DNA of 64,000 nt from Mobula hypostoma (taxonomy: Eukaryota): contig NC_086108.1 in assembly GCF_963921235.1 (NCBI RefSeq), positions 75,704,001-75,768,000 on the forward strand, in the 5' to 3' direction. Position 1 is the stretch's first letter. The number at the start of each line of letters is the position of its first letter. The translations under genes were made by a program, and so were the position numbers. Under the pieces are notes generated by a model, which saw nothing but the letters and a program-made list of their open reading frames with translations, was not told where the DNA came from and ran no database searches. This document shows, one piece after another, positions 23,262-36,196 of this stretch.

Positions 23262-25285
23262 TGTTGCCTTTGAAATGAGAGTGGTAGCTTGGATTGGCTG
23301 CTTTCTAGAGTTATTCGCTGAGCCCGGAGGTTAGGCGCAAACATTTCAGTTGAGGTGACGTCATCAGCGCGCAATTGAGTGTCCACATTTATGTTGGTCC
23401 GACATGTTGATCTGATTGGTTGGCTACTGCGCTAGCCACTAGTCTCCACTGGGTCCAGGCCAAATGGACAACTGAGTGATCTCTGCTAGCCCGTATCCCT
23501 GGTTATCAGTCCTTGTGAGCGTTGGTTCTTCAGGTGCCAACAGCTCACCCCTCAGCCCCGATTCCACAGATGCATTGGTTCATAAATTGAATTCAGTTCA
23601 ATATGCTTGTTAATAGAGTCTTCAGTTGAGAACCAAGCTTCTAAGAATTATCTTGATTTCTTGTTTTGTACTTCTTCCAGGATTTTTGTAGTTTCCCAGA
23701 CAAATCCATGTCCTTCTTGGTCTTCATGTACTGGGATGAGTGACACATCATTGTGTGATTGTGTGTTCTTTCGGCTAGTGGATAGTTTTCTCATCTGTCC
23801 TACGGAGTGTTTAGGGTAGTCTCCCTATCAGATTTGGTATATTACATTTGTTCTCTCCATATGGGTGTTAGATCTATGGGTTTCAAATGAGCATTTGATG
23901 ATTGGGTTGGGTTTGTATACTGCTATTATTCTGTGTGGTTGGAGCAGTCTTGCCATCATTTTGGAAATATTCCTGATGTATGGTAGGGTTAAGTCTCTTT
24001 CTTTACTCAGTAGGAGTTAAAAGGTTGTTTCTCTGGACAAGACATCTTTTGATGAAGATTTTTTGGATAACCATTGTCTGTGAATACTTTGAAACGGTGA
24101 TTTTCTTCTTGAGGTCTTGAGCTACTGCAATATGTTTCCACCCAGTTGAATAGCTTTCAGACAATTTAGTTTGTGGCATTTGGGGTGAATGCTGTGACAA
24201 TTGAGAATTTGGTCTATATTCGTTCTTTTCTGGTAAACAGACGTTTCCAAACTTCCATCCATATTCCTCCTGATCAGCACGTCTAGGAAAGGGAGTTGAT
24301 CATTTGTTTCAATTCTCACGGTAAAGCTAGTATCACTGAATATGTTGCTGATTCGGTTTTGTGCCTCTTATCTGATTGCATTCCTGACAAACAAGATAGC
24401 CCACCCTTAGTTTAGGTCTGATCACTGGTAATACTGTCCCTCTCCAGATTTTGCAGTACAGCTTCTACAAAGAGCCAAGATATAGGAGATCCCATTGGTG
24501 TTCCTTTCAACTGTTTGTAGAGTTGTCTGTTAAATTTGAAGTATGTTGTTAAGCACAAGTTAAGTAGCTCGCATATACTTTGGGGTCTCATCCTCTGGGT
24601 CATTTGTTTTTTTTTTTATAAAAAGTGTTCACATATCATTTATTTCGCCAAGCTGTGGTCGATTGGCATGAAGAGCGCAGTGACATCAAATGAGACCATT
24701 ATTTTATCATCATCCAGCTAGATGCTCTGCAGCTTCTGTGGAAACCATCATGCATTGCTTACTTAATAGTCCGACTGAGTGACAAAATGCCTCAAGCATA
24801 TCTATAGTTCTTTCGCTAGTTTGTAGGCTGGGGTTCATGGTAGCAAAACGCTAAGTCACAGGGGAATGCTTTCTTTGTGGATCTTCAGTAGTCTGTAGAA
24901 TTTTGCAACATTCACATTGTCTGCCTTCATTCTGAGACATTTCTGCTTAGTTGTTTCCTATGCAGCTTCCAGCATGCGTAAGCTTGTGTTGATATGTCTG
25001 GTGAGATTTGAGGTTCGATCATTGTCAATTGGTCAATATATGGCAGTGTCTCCGAGTAACTCTTTGGCCTTTGTGATGTAGTCAACTTAGTCTAGCATGA
25101 TTGTCATGCGTCCCTTGTCTGCTGGCAGTATTACAGTGTCCTTGTCCTTGCTGGTTATTGAGTGCTTCTTGCTCAGTTTTGGAGAGCATATTGAGTTGTT
25201 AATTTCAATTCATTGCTGGTCCAACAGTTTGCATTATTTGCTATTGTACTATTTCTGAGAATTTGTTGGACTCCAGGAAGTTTTC
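23262..25285 (-). mobile_element. Second Penelope-like family (RT and endonuclease region, degenerate)
   Basis: ORFs contain LLNLCLTTYFKFNRQLYKQLKGTPMGSPIS and LPFLDVLIRRNMDGSLETSVYQKRT, typical of PLE RT. A hammerhead-like motif lies near the 3' end at 23335-23372. Confidence 0.85.
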
Positions 25286-26010
25286 CATGGAACACAGAAC
25301 ATAGACATCTACAGCACATTACAGGCCCTTTGGCCCACAATGTTGTGCCGACCATGTAACCTACTCTAGAAACTACCTAGAATTTCTCTACCACATAGCC
25401 CTCTATATTTCTAAGCTCCATGTACCTAAGAGTCTCTTAAACGATCCTATTGTATCCGCCTCCACCACCGCTGACAGTGCATTCCATGCACCCACCACTC
25501 TCTATGTGAAAAATTTACCTCTGGCATCCCTCCTGCAGCTACTTCGAAGCACCTTAAAACTATGCCCCCTCATGAGGCAAGATGTTGGCTTCTTCATTCT
25601 ATCTACCATAATGCAATGTAAAAGGGAACTATAGACTTGAACCCCAAGTCCCTCTGTTCATCAAGATTTCTTGGCACCCTACCATTTACTGTAAACATCC
25701 TGACCCCCATGACTTCTCAGTCAGAATTAAAATTCAATCTGCAAATGCTTTTTATCTGATCTATATCATGATCCAGCACTGGACAACCTTCGTTATCCAC
25801 CACACCATCAATTTTCAGGTCATCTGCAAACTTACAATTATTCCTCTTACATTCACATCCCATATTAAAACCAAGAGGTCCCAGCACTGATCCCTGCATA
25901 ACACCTCTAGACACAGACTCACAATCAGAAAAGCATATTCCATCACCACCTTGTCTCCTTTCACCAAGCCAATTTTGGATCCAATTAACCAGCTCATCTT
26001 GGATCCCATA
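25286..26010 (-). mobile_element. CR1 fragments: a 3' end, plus an RT piece that continues at 30351-30395 across the Academ insertion
   Basis: ORF contains GVMQGSVLGPL..KFADDLKI. The flank ggatcccata|tgccttaac rejoins across the insertion. Confidence 0.8.
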
Positions 26011-26804
26011 TAGTCCGTGAGCCAGGACCCCAAATTTGGGCCACCGGTACCATCTGGAGGGAATAATTCTTAGTGATTTTTGGCAAGGTATACACCCCTA
26101 GTGCTAGAAAATATGTGATAGCATTGCAGCGGTGGTAGCTTTCTGTGATCCCATGGTGCTTTGCCTATGATAAGAAGAATTATGCCAGGTACCTGTCCCC
26201 TTACTTTGCTCAGATAATGGACCTCCCAGAGAAGAATCCTATGTATGAGGCCTTCAAGACAGGCCAATTCTCAGTGCAGCTGTGAAGTAACAACCCCTTT
26301 GGGCAGATCCCTGTGGACCAGGCTATGGAAGCCACAGTGAACAAAGACACACTGACTCCTGGAGGCACATCACGGTTCAGCCTGAATGCTGGAGCTATCA
26401 AGCGTTACTACATAACAGCTGAGCACCGCAGTGTATTCCTGGGAGTTATGGGAGATGGCGCAAGGCAACTAATCAGAGCTTTGCCATGTGGAGCTACAGC
26501 AGCCAAGAATTCAGAAAGAGGAGGAAGCAGTTTCAGCAGTGGTTAGCCTCATACATGAATGGGTTAACCCACTTGCAGAGAAGTAGAACCTCATTAGCAT
26601 CTCTATGGCAAAGGCAGCCCCCAAGGACATTGCCTCCGACCTGACGAAGGCATATGAGATTGGTGAGCAATGCTAAGCAACCTTCAAGGATGAGAGACTA
26701 GAGGAAGACCCACCAGCAAAGAAATTCCATGATCCAATGAAAACCAACAAGCTGAAAATATTCAGTGATATGTGTAAGAGAGAAGTGAAATCAAATGCGA
26801 GGGC

Positions 26805-27826
26805 AAACACGAGGAAATCTGCAGATGCTGGAATTTCAAGCATAAAAGTTGCTGGTGAATGCAGCAGGCCAGGCAATGGTGTGGCTCATCAGCAAAAATG
26901 ATGAAACTATGTACAGGGAGGAGGTCAAACACCTAGAGAGCTAGTGCAGGGATAACAACTTGACGCTTAATGTCACCAAAACCAAGGAGATGATCGTCGA
27001 TTTCAGACGGCCTCAGCCTGAGCACATACCCCTCAGCATCAGCGGCTCCACAGTGGAGAGAGTGGAAAACATCAAGTTCCCTGGGGTGCAGATCTCGGAC
27101 AATCTCATCTGGTCCAGGAACACCACTGGGATTGTGAAACGGGCCCAGCAGAGATTGCACTTTCTGAGGAAGCTTAAACAAACATCACTCCCCACTAACA
27201 TCTTAACTACATTCTACAGAGGCATGGTTGAGAGTGTGCTGACCTTTTGCATCACAACCTGGTACTCCAGCTGCAGTGCTGTCGACAAAAGAGCCTTGCA
27301 GAGGGTGGTTAGGGGAGCAGAGAAAGTTATTGAGGTCTCCCTACCTTCTGTCCAAGACCTCTTTCAGAGTCGATGCCTCCAGAAGACATGGTACATCATT
27401 AAAGACCCCTCACACCCTCTCCATGAACTGTTTGTTCTTCTACCATCAGGCAGAAACTAAAACCACAAGGCTACTAAACAGCTTCCTCCCACAGGCAGTC
27501 AGACTGCTAAATAGCTGCTCCACCTGACTCTGCTTTGAACACTATTAACTTGCACTGGATACTTATAACTGATTTTAACTGGCTGTTGTGTTTTACTATT
27601 TACTGTTATGTTTATTATTTAGCGTTGTGTGTTATGTTATGATTGCACTGCCCCTGAGAAACGCTGTCTCATTCTGCCCTGCAGAGCTGATGTATGGTTA
27701 GAATGACAATAAAGTTTTTTGAATCTTGAATCTCTAGGAAGCGGTACAGTCAACGTTTCGGGGTACCTCTTCCTAGAGATACTGCCTGGCCTACTGCGTT
27801 CACCAGCAACCTTCATGTGTGTTGCT
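26805..27826. mobile_element. Palindromic Penelope terminal-repeat insertion inside Academ, itself interrupted by a Rex1 LINE
   Basis: TSD tcaaatgcgagggc (26791-26804) / tcaaatgggagggc (27827-27840). Same arms as the 4207-4448 element, with the centre deleted. Confidence 0.8.
26876..27730 (+). mobile_element. 5'-truncated Rex1/Babar LINE
   Basis: ORF 26960..27460 contains LNVTKTKEMIVDFRR...AQQRLHFLRKLK...LLPSGR. Ends with AATAAA and a (gaatctt)n tail. Confidence 0.88.
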
Positions 27827-28954
27827 TCAAATGGGAGGGCGATCATCTTGAAAGCAGACAGGTCTTGGTTTGGACGCATCATAGTGATGGCACAAGGGCG
27901 CAGTCTACGTATGGAGGATATCCTTTCTCATCCCCTTGGACCATTGCCCTGGGCCCTGTCCAAACCAGAAGGATCGCTGAGAAAGACAAATAAAGCTACT
28001 TTAGCCAAAACCTTGCAGAAAAATGTAGCAGTAGAAGAGCAACTCCCAGGAAAATCTGCTACATTGGTTGATGGAATGAACTTGGTCCAAAGAGTGAAAG
28101 GTGATCAAGTTTCAGAGATGTTGCCACAACAGTTCTGGGTATGGCTCTGAGAGAAGGCAGTCAGAGTAGCAGGATAGATGTTGTGTTTGACACATAAGGA
28201 GAACTCTATCAAGAATAGTGAAGGATCTCTATGGGGTGAAGAGACTGGTCATGAGTTGCAAGGTATCACAGGCACACAGATGGTGAATGGAGGAAGGCAG
28301 AGTACAGAGCAAAGCTACAGGAGAAGATTCTGTGAATGACAAATGTTACAGAATCACATCTCAAGACAGTGAGGTGGTGTCAGCTCTTCAGTGTCAACAA
28401 GAAGCAGATGGCTGCCTACTTCTCCATGCTGCCCATGCCACAAGAGAGGGATACCAATCTGTAGTGATCTGCTCAGAAGACACAGATGTCTTTATCATGT
28501 CTTTAGCATTTTGTGACAAGACTGAAGCCCCATTGTTCCAGACATGAGGCACTAGAACCCGTATAAGGCTTGTAGACATCAGGAAGGTTGCCGCCACTGT
28601 TGGCATAGAGGTTCATAGGGCTCTCATCGGGTTGCACACATATACAGTATGTGACACTAAGCGCTTTTGCAGGCAAAGGGAAGACAAGTGCCCTAAAACT
28701 TCTGACCAGCAACAGGGAAACTCAGGACACATTCTTGGAGTTGGGTCAGGAATGGGACCTCTCTCCAGAACTGATGGACAAACTGGAGGCATTTACATGT
28801 CTCCTGTATGCCCCAAAAGCATCAACCATCAAGGTCAATGAGTTCAGATATCACCTTTGCTGTGCCAAAAAAGGTGAAATCGAAAGTCATCAACTCCCAC
28901 CATGCAAGGATTGCTTAACAAAACATGTACAGCGAGCCAACTACCAGGCTGGTA

Positions 28955-29995
28955 CAGTGCACTGCAAAAGTTTGGGCACCCCCGGTCAAAATGTCTGTTA
29001 CTGTGAAGAGCTAAGCGAGTAAAAGATGAACTGATTTCCAAAAGGCATAAAGTTAAAGATGACACATTTCTTTAATATTTTAAGCAAGAAAACTTTATTT
29101 CCATCTTTTACAGTTTCAAAATAACAAAAAAGGAAAAGGGCCCAAAGCAAAAGTTTGGGCACCCTGCATAGCAGTATTTAGTAACACCCCCTTTGGCAAG
29201 GATCACTGCTTGTAAACGCTTTTTGTAGCCAGCTAAAAGTCTTTCAATTTTTGTTTGGGGGATTTTCGCCCATTCTTCCTTGCAAAAGGCTTCCAGTTCT
29301 GTGAGATTCTTGGGCCGTCTTGCATGTACTGCTCTTTTGACGTCTATCCACAGATTCTTGATGATGTTTAGGTCAGGGGACCGTGAGGGCCATGGCAAAA
29401 CCTTCAGCTTGCACCTCTTGAGGTCGTCCATTGTGGATTTTGAGGTGTGTTTAGGTTCATTTTCCTGTTGTAGAAGCCAGCCTCTTTTCATCTTCAGCTT
29501 TTTTACAGACAGTGTGATGTTTGCTTCCAGAATTTGCTGGTATTTAATTGAATTCATTCTTCCCTTTACCAGTAAATGTTCCCTGTGCCACTGGCTGCAA
29601 CACAAGCCCAAAGCATGAACGATCCACCCCCGTGCTTAACAGTTGGGGAGGAGTTCTTTTCATGAAATTCTGCACCCTTTTTTCTCCAAACATACCTTTG
29701 CTCATTGCGCCCAAAAAGTTCTATTTTAACTTCATCAGTCCACAGGACTGGTTTCTAAAATACATCAGGCTTGTTTAGATGTTCTTTTGAACCTTTTGAA
29801 TAAAACTTTTTGGTACTTTTTTGTTATTTTGAAACTGTAAAAAATGGAAATAAAAAAGTTTTCTTCCTTAAAATATTAAAGAAATGTGTCATCTTTAACT
29901 TTATGCCTTTTGGAAATCAGTTCATCTTTTACTCACTTAGCTATTCACAGTAACAGAAATTTTGACCGGGGTGCCCAAACTTTTGCATGCCACTG
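28955..29995 (-). mobile_element. Tc1 transposon (long-IR type), internally deleted, nested in Academ
   Basis: TA TSD. ~180-bp inverted repeats starting cagtgcactgcaaaagtttgggcaccc. ORF 29108..29611(-) contains QQENEPKHTS...WPSRSPDLNIIKNLW (decayed DD34E). Confidence 0.92.
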
Positions 29996-30619
29996 TATAT
30001 GGAGAAGGTGTTTGGAGAAGGACCCACAAGTGCCAAGCCCTGTTGGCACAGATGGAAGATGGAGAGAGAAGAGGAAGCTGAACAGTTCTCACAGTGTAGA
30101 CTGGCAGACTGTGAGAACCAGGCATCCACCTCAGAGAGTGTGGAAAGTTCAGATGAAAATGTGGAAAACGTGGAAGACTTGGGAAATTATGATTATTAAT
30201 CATAAATTATGAAAATTATGATGATAAAGCTAGCACTGATGCAATGCTAACACATATTTTCTAACTCTAGAGATGTATACCTTGCCAAAAATCACTATGA
30301 GCATTATTCTCCTCAGATGGTACCGACCAACCCTACTGGCTCACGGACTAATATGCCTTAACTTCCTGGACTAGTCTACCATACAGGACCTTGTCCAATG
30401 TCTAAGAGTCAACACGGACAATGTCTACCACCCAGTATTGAATTCTCTATACTCAAATTAGTGAGGCAGAATTTCCTTGCACAAAGCCATACTGGCTATA
30501 CCCGAAACATTACCTTTCCAAATGTATTGCTTAGGATTTTCTCCAATAGTTTCCTACTGCTAAATGCAAGGCTCACATCAGCAAAGGAAAATGCAAGATA
30601 ATTCAAAAGATAGGCACAT

Positions 30620-31445
30620 GATGAGAAGAGAAGGGACAAGAGGGTAACCAGAATGAGGAACAGAAGCGAGGAGGGGGATTACTGTAAGAGAAAGAGATTA
30701 CTACAAGTTAGAGAAATCCATGTGCATACCATAAAGTTGGAGGCTACCCAGGTGGAATAAATATGAGGTGATTCACCTCCAGCCCAGGTTTGGCCTCATC
30801 AAAGCAATAGAGGGGATCATGGACAGATGCTAGAATAGGAATGGGAGGTCGAATTGAAATAGGTGGCCACCAGGGTTCCTGCCACTTGTGGCAGACAGAC
30901 TGAAGATGCTCAACAAAACAGTCCACCAACCTGCATTGGGTCTCACCAATGTAGAGGAGCCTGCATTGACAGCACTGAATATAATAAATCACCCCAACAG
31001 ACTCACAGGTGAAGTATCATCTCATCTGGAAGGACTGTTGGAGGACCTGAATGAGGACAGAGGTGTAGCAGTGCGTATACTATGTAATGCAGGGATAAGT
31101 ACTAAGAAGGAGATTAGTGAGGACAAGTGGGCAAGGGAGTCATGTAGAAAGTGATCCCTAAGGAATGCAGATGGGGGTGAAGGGGAGGAAAATATATGCG
31201 GAGTGGTAGGATCCCACTAGAGATATCAGAATCTGAGAGAAGGGAATAGCATTGCTACAAGTAACAAGGTATAGAGAAGATAAGTATGAGAGTCAAAGGT
31301 TTGTAAGTTTCCAGTCCTGATGAAGGGTCTCTGCCTCAAAACACTGAACATTTATTCCCCTCCATAGGTGCTACCTGACTTTCTGGGTTCCAACAGCATT
31401 TTGTGTTGCTCAAGGTTCCAGCATATGCAGAATGTTTTGCATTTA
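30620..31445 (-). mobile_element. Penelope-like GIY-YIG endonuclease fragment with an inverted terminal repeat on its 5' side (31305-31445)
   Basis: ORF 30744..30992(-) reads IYYIQCCQCRLLYIGETQCRLVDCFVEHL. A +strand ccagtc-CTGATGA-agggtct motif sits at 31311. Confidence 0.85.
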
Positions 31446-31696
31446 TAATTCAAGAGATGTTCATTTAAGAAAATAAACCATTTTGTGCATCCAAAAAAAA
31501 TTTTATATATAATACTTGAAATCAACAAAACAATGTTACTCTCTAATCACTCTCAACAGGGACAGTAAACATGACTTCAGATGCATCATCTGCAGGTATC
31601 TAGCAGTTCCACCCTTCATTTACTTCATCTCCTGGAGACTAGGAAAGAAACAGAAGCTTTAATTTACAAGTCTGCTAATTAAAAAGGCATGCTTAC

Positions 31697-31835
31697 TTTT
31701 TTGTAGGTTAATTGGCTTTGTCTCCATACTTTCTTCATTGTTAATGCTTCTATTTTCTTCTTCTTGTAGTTGTGATATAATGTGTTCTATCACATTTACT
31801 ATTTCTGAGAAAGATGGGCGAAGCTTTGGATCCAT
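31697..31835 (-). CDS. TESK2: TESK2 exon (end of kinase domain)
   Basis: ttccag|ATG...A|gtaagc. Encodes MDPKLRPSFSEIVNVIEHIISQLQEEE; 139 nt, phase 0 to 1. Confidence 0.95.
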
Positions 31836-32199
31836 CTGGAAAAAATGTGCAGGTATTCTTTTCTTCATTTAATCATTGTTGTATTGCAATTTAAAGCATT
31901 CTATAAACAATATAATTTTATTTAAGCTATTTCACAGAGAAACCAGACAAAAAATGCTTAAAGCATTACTGCCGAAAATAGAGGATTTTCAACAAACAAG
32001 GTTGTGCCAGCAGTTATTTTAACTTTCCACATGTTGACTGGGACTCCCATACTATAAAAGAACTGGGTGGTGTAGAGTTGTCAAATATGTTCAGGAAAGC
32101 TTCCACAAGACCATGAAACAAAAGCTGAATTAAGCCATTTGGCCCATCGAGTCTGCTATGCCATTCAATCATTGCTGATTTCCTTAATCTATATATAGA

Positions 32200-34520
32200 G
32201 ACCATAACTAGAGAGAGTGCAATACTGGATCTCCTATTAGGGAACAAGACAGGGCAGGTGACAGAAGTGTGTGTCGAGGAACACTTTAGATGTAGTGATC
32301 ACAATCCTACTAGTTTCAAGATAATTATGAAGGATAAGACAGTCCTTGTGTTGAGATTCTAAATTGGAGAAAGACCGTTTGATGGCTTCAGAAGAGTTCT
32401 GGCAGGTGTGGTTTGCAATAGGCTGTTTTCTGGCAAAAGTATGCTTGATAAGTGGGAGGTATTCAAAAGTGAAATTTTGAGAATAGAGTTTTTAATGATC
32501 CTGTTAGAATCAAAAACAAGGCTAACAGGTTTAGGAAGCCTTACTTTGAGGGGTATTGAGGCTCTGGTTAAGAAGGAGGGGCATAGCAAGTATAGGAAAG
32601 CAAGGAACAAATGAGGCGCTTGAGTATAAGAAATGCAATAGAACACAAGAAGGAAATCAGGAAGGCTAAAAGATGATACGAGGTTGCTCTTGCAGACAGA
32701 GTGAAGAAGAATAAGTGGTTTCTATAGTATATTAAGAGCAAAAAGATCAGCAGGGACAATATTGGTCCACTTGAAAAATCAGCATGATCATTTATGCACG
32801 GAGATGGAGAAGATCTGAAATGGATTTTCTGCATCTGTATTTACTCGGGATGTAGACAGAACTGGGCAAAAGAGTAGTGAGGTCATGGACTGTAGTAAGG
32901 TGACAAAGAGGAGGTGCTTGCTTCTTGGGGAAAATTAGGGTGGCTAAGTGCCCAGTGCTGTACAAGGTGTCCTCTCAGACCTTGTTGGAGGCTAAAATTG
33001 CAGGGGCCCTGGTAGAGGTATTTAAATTGTCCTTAGCCACAGGTGAGATGCCAGAGGACTGAATTATAACTAATGTTGTTCAGTTGTTTAAGCAAGGATC
33101 TAAGAATAAGCTGGAAATAATAGGCCAGGAAGCCAGGCATCAGTAGTAGGTAAGTTATTGGAAACTATTCCAAGGGACCGGATACAAGTATTTGGATAGA
33201 CAGGGCCTGATTAGAGATAGTCAACTTAGCTTTGTGCATGGTGCATTACGTTTATCCAATCTTAAAGAGTTTTTCCAGGTGGTCACAAAGGAAACTGAAG
33301 GCAGCAAGGCAATGAATGTTCTCTATATTGACTTTAGCAAGCCCTCTGACAAGGTCCTGTATGAGTGGTGAAGAAGGTTCAGTTGCCTGACATTCAGGAT
33401 GAGGTAGTAAATATAGCTTTAACATTGGCCTCATGGGAGAAGCTAGAGAGTGGTAGTAGATCAGGGATTCCCAACCTTTTTTTTGTGCAGTGGGCCAATA
33501 CCATTAAGCAAGGGGTCTGTGGACCACAGGTTGGAAACCTCTGTAGTGAGATGGTTGCTTATCACACTGGAGGCCTGTAACTGGGGGCATACCAGAGATT
33601 AGTGTTGGATCAGTTGTCTTTTATCATCTTAATCCAGATCATTGATATAATGTGGCAAACAAGATCAGCAAATTTACAGATGACACCAAGAAAGACCAAA
33701 TTTTGCAGCGGGATATGGACCAGCTAGAAAAAATGACAGATGGAATTTAATGTTGAGGTCCTGCACTTTGGGAGGACAAACCAAGGTAGGACTTACAAGG
33801 TAAGTGGTAGGGCACTGGAAATTGCTGTAGAGCAGAGGAATCTGGGAATACAGATTCATAATTCCTTGAAAGTGGCAAACACAGATAGAGTCATACTGAA
33901 AGCTTTTGACACTTTGGCCTTCATAAATCGAAGTATTGAGTGCAGGAATGGCATATTATATTTAAGTTGCACAAGACATAGGTGAGGCCAAATTTGGAGT
34001 ATTGTGTACAATTCCTGTCAACTATTTACAATAAGATTGGAAGAATACAAAGAAAATGTATAAGGATGTTGCCAGTACTTGAGGAGTTGAGTAAAAGGGA
34101 AAGGTTGAACAGGTGAGCACTTCATTCCCTGGAACTTAGAAGAATGGGTGGAAATTTGACAGAAGTATAAAAAAAATTTATGAGGGGCATAGATAGGATT
34201 AGTGTAAGCAGATTTTTTTTCCCCATTGAAGTTGGATGAGACTAAAAGTAGAGTTCATAGGTTAAGGGCAAAAGGTTGAAATATTTAAGGGGAATCTGAG
34301 GGAAAACTTCTTTACTCAGAGGGTAGTGCAAGTATAAAATGAGCTGTCAATGCTAGTAGTAGATGCAGGTTCATCTGCAACATTGAACCAAAGTTTGGAT
34401 AAGAAAATGGATGAGATGGGTATTGAGGGCTATGGTCAAATTGTGAGCCAATGGAACTGGACAGAACAGCACAGAATAGGTGGGCCAAAGGGCCTGTCTG
34501 TGTTGTAGTTCTTTATGACC
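32200..34520 (+). mobile_element. Old CR1 LINE ORF2 (degenerate) with a small hAT-like MITE at ~33462-33543
   Basis: Contains ILDLLLGN, MEFNVEVLHFGRTN and VRPNLEYCVQF-type segments. MITE termini cagggattcccaacc / ggttggaaacctctg. Confidence 0.85.
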
Positions 34521-34621
34521 CAATAGGCCTTGTCACTAGAAAATTCCTCTCTTCAACACCTGTTTGCATTTAGCATCTGAAGAGGATATATGGCATCTGC
34601 AAACAGGCCAAACAGTAAAGA

Positions 34622-35410
34622 GTAAACACATGAAAAAGTCCGCAGGTGCTGGAAATTCAGAGCATCACACACAAAATGCTTGAGGAAATCAGGTCAGGCA
34701 GGCAGCATCTCTGGAAATGAATAAACAGTCAATGATTCAGGCCGTGACCTTTCATCAGGACTGGAAAATAAGGGGAAGAAGCCAGAATAAGAGATCGTGT
34801 CTGTGTCCTTGTCTGTGAATAGGCAGGTTTTGTGCACGCAGGATGAGGCAGTAAATGAGAGGAGTCAAAGTGGGGGAATGGAAGAAAAGGAGGAGGGAGA
34901 AAAATTACTGTAAGTTGGACAATCGTTGCATGTCATCAGGTTGGAGACTACCCAGATGGAATGAGGTGCTGTTCCTCCAACTTGAGTGGCAGCCTCTATT
35001 CCCATTCCATCATGGCAGTCCAGGGCCTCCTTTACTGCCACAATGAGGCCACTCACAGGTTGGAGTCACGACATCTCATACTCCATCTGGGTAGCGTCCA
35101 ATCTGGTGGCATGAACATCAATTTCTTTAACTTCCCCTAAATTCCCCTCCCCCCTTCTTCCATCCCCCACTCTGGCTCCGTTCGCTCCTCTCCTGTTCTC
35201 TTCACCTGCCTATCACAGCCCTCTGGTGCCCTTTCTCCTTCCCTTTCTCCCATGGTCCACTCTCCTGCCTATCACCTCCCCTGGTACCCCTTCCTTCCAT
35301 GGTCCACTCTCCTTTCCTATCAGATTCTCTCTTTTCCAGCCCTTTACCTATCACTCCCCTGCTTCTTACTTTCTCCCCCACCCCACCCAGCACTGCGTGT
35401 GTGTTGCTCG
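34622..35410. mobile_element. Inverted Penelope 3'-end structure (minus arm then plus arm)
   Basis: Minus-strand hammerhead-like cagtc-CTGATGA-aaggtcacggcct-GAAT-cattgactg at ~34726-34763. The plus arm ends gtgtgttgct like the other copies. Confidence 0.7.
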
Positions 35411-36109
35411 AGTAGTAAAGAGGCTGCTCTACCAGATTCAAGAATTCATTCTGATACAAGCAGGCAGAGAAAGCAAAAGGAATAAATAATTTAAATGCAG
35501 ATCATTGATCAGGAAACAAGACAATCACATAAGATTAAAGGAGAAAGAAGTATTTTTCAAAATTCTACAAAATTTAGCTGCAAAGCTGCATATTCAAATT
35601 TTCAGAAACATGTACAACTTACTAAATTATTAAAAATTGTATTACTGCTGATTCAACAAATTACCTTTACCCATTTGCATTTGACCAAAAATAGTGTACA
35701 AACAAATGCCATGCCTTGCCTCAGTGATTTCAGAGCAAACCCACTAGCAAAATTAAACAATACACCGCTGTTGAGAGCAGGATGTCACAAAATAATTTTC
35801 AGATTGCCATGTTTAACCGTATACATGCAGACACCAGGAGCTGCTATCTAATGTTCCCAGTGATATCGAGTGCAATAGCCTCACCATTACCAAACAAACA
35901 ATATTTAAGCTTTTATTTGTTTTTGTTTTTTGGTTTTTCTTCCATCTGTATGCAAAATCTAAAGAAAACGTTACATTCCCGCCCGCCCCACTCTTGCCTT
36001 ATCCAAAACTGAAAAACAACTGAGAGCAAATTTTTACTGGTGAAGATATTACCCTTCCATGTTGATAGGATTACACAGAAATAATTCACTCTGACTGCAT
36101 TTTACTCAC

Positions 36110-36196
36110 ATTACAACAATTGAACGCAAGTTGAAGGAAGCTGGGTGGGCAATCCCCTACCATGTTCTGAAACGCATCATAATCTAATCCAAAGTT
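36110..36196 (-). CDS. TESK2: TESK2 exon (kinase subdomains X-XI)
   Basis: tttag|AAC...AAT|gtgagt. Encodes NFGLDYDAFQNMVGDCPPSFLQLAFNCCN; 87 nt. Confidence 0.96.

Larger units (their letters stand above)
26011..30350 (+). mobile_element. Academ (XPG-type) DNA transposon, internally deleted, with nested insertions
   Basis: Termini tagtccgtgagccag ... ctggctcacggacta. Imperfect TIRs ~130 bp (26011-26142 / 30226-30350). 3-bp TSD ATA. Fragmented protein with DQAMEATVNKD, QQEADGCLLLHAAHA, SEDTDVFI, CDT.SAFAGKGK and LPPCKDCLTKHVQRANYQAGIW (FEN1/XPG-like motifs). Confidence 0.85.

Noticed and set aside
27719..29022. Intact host nuclease gene (FEN1/XPG-like)
   Set aside because: Frameshifts, stops and nested insertions, and it is bounded by TIRs and a TSD; a decayed transposon.
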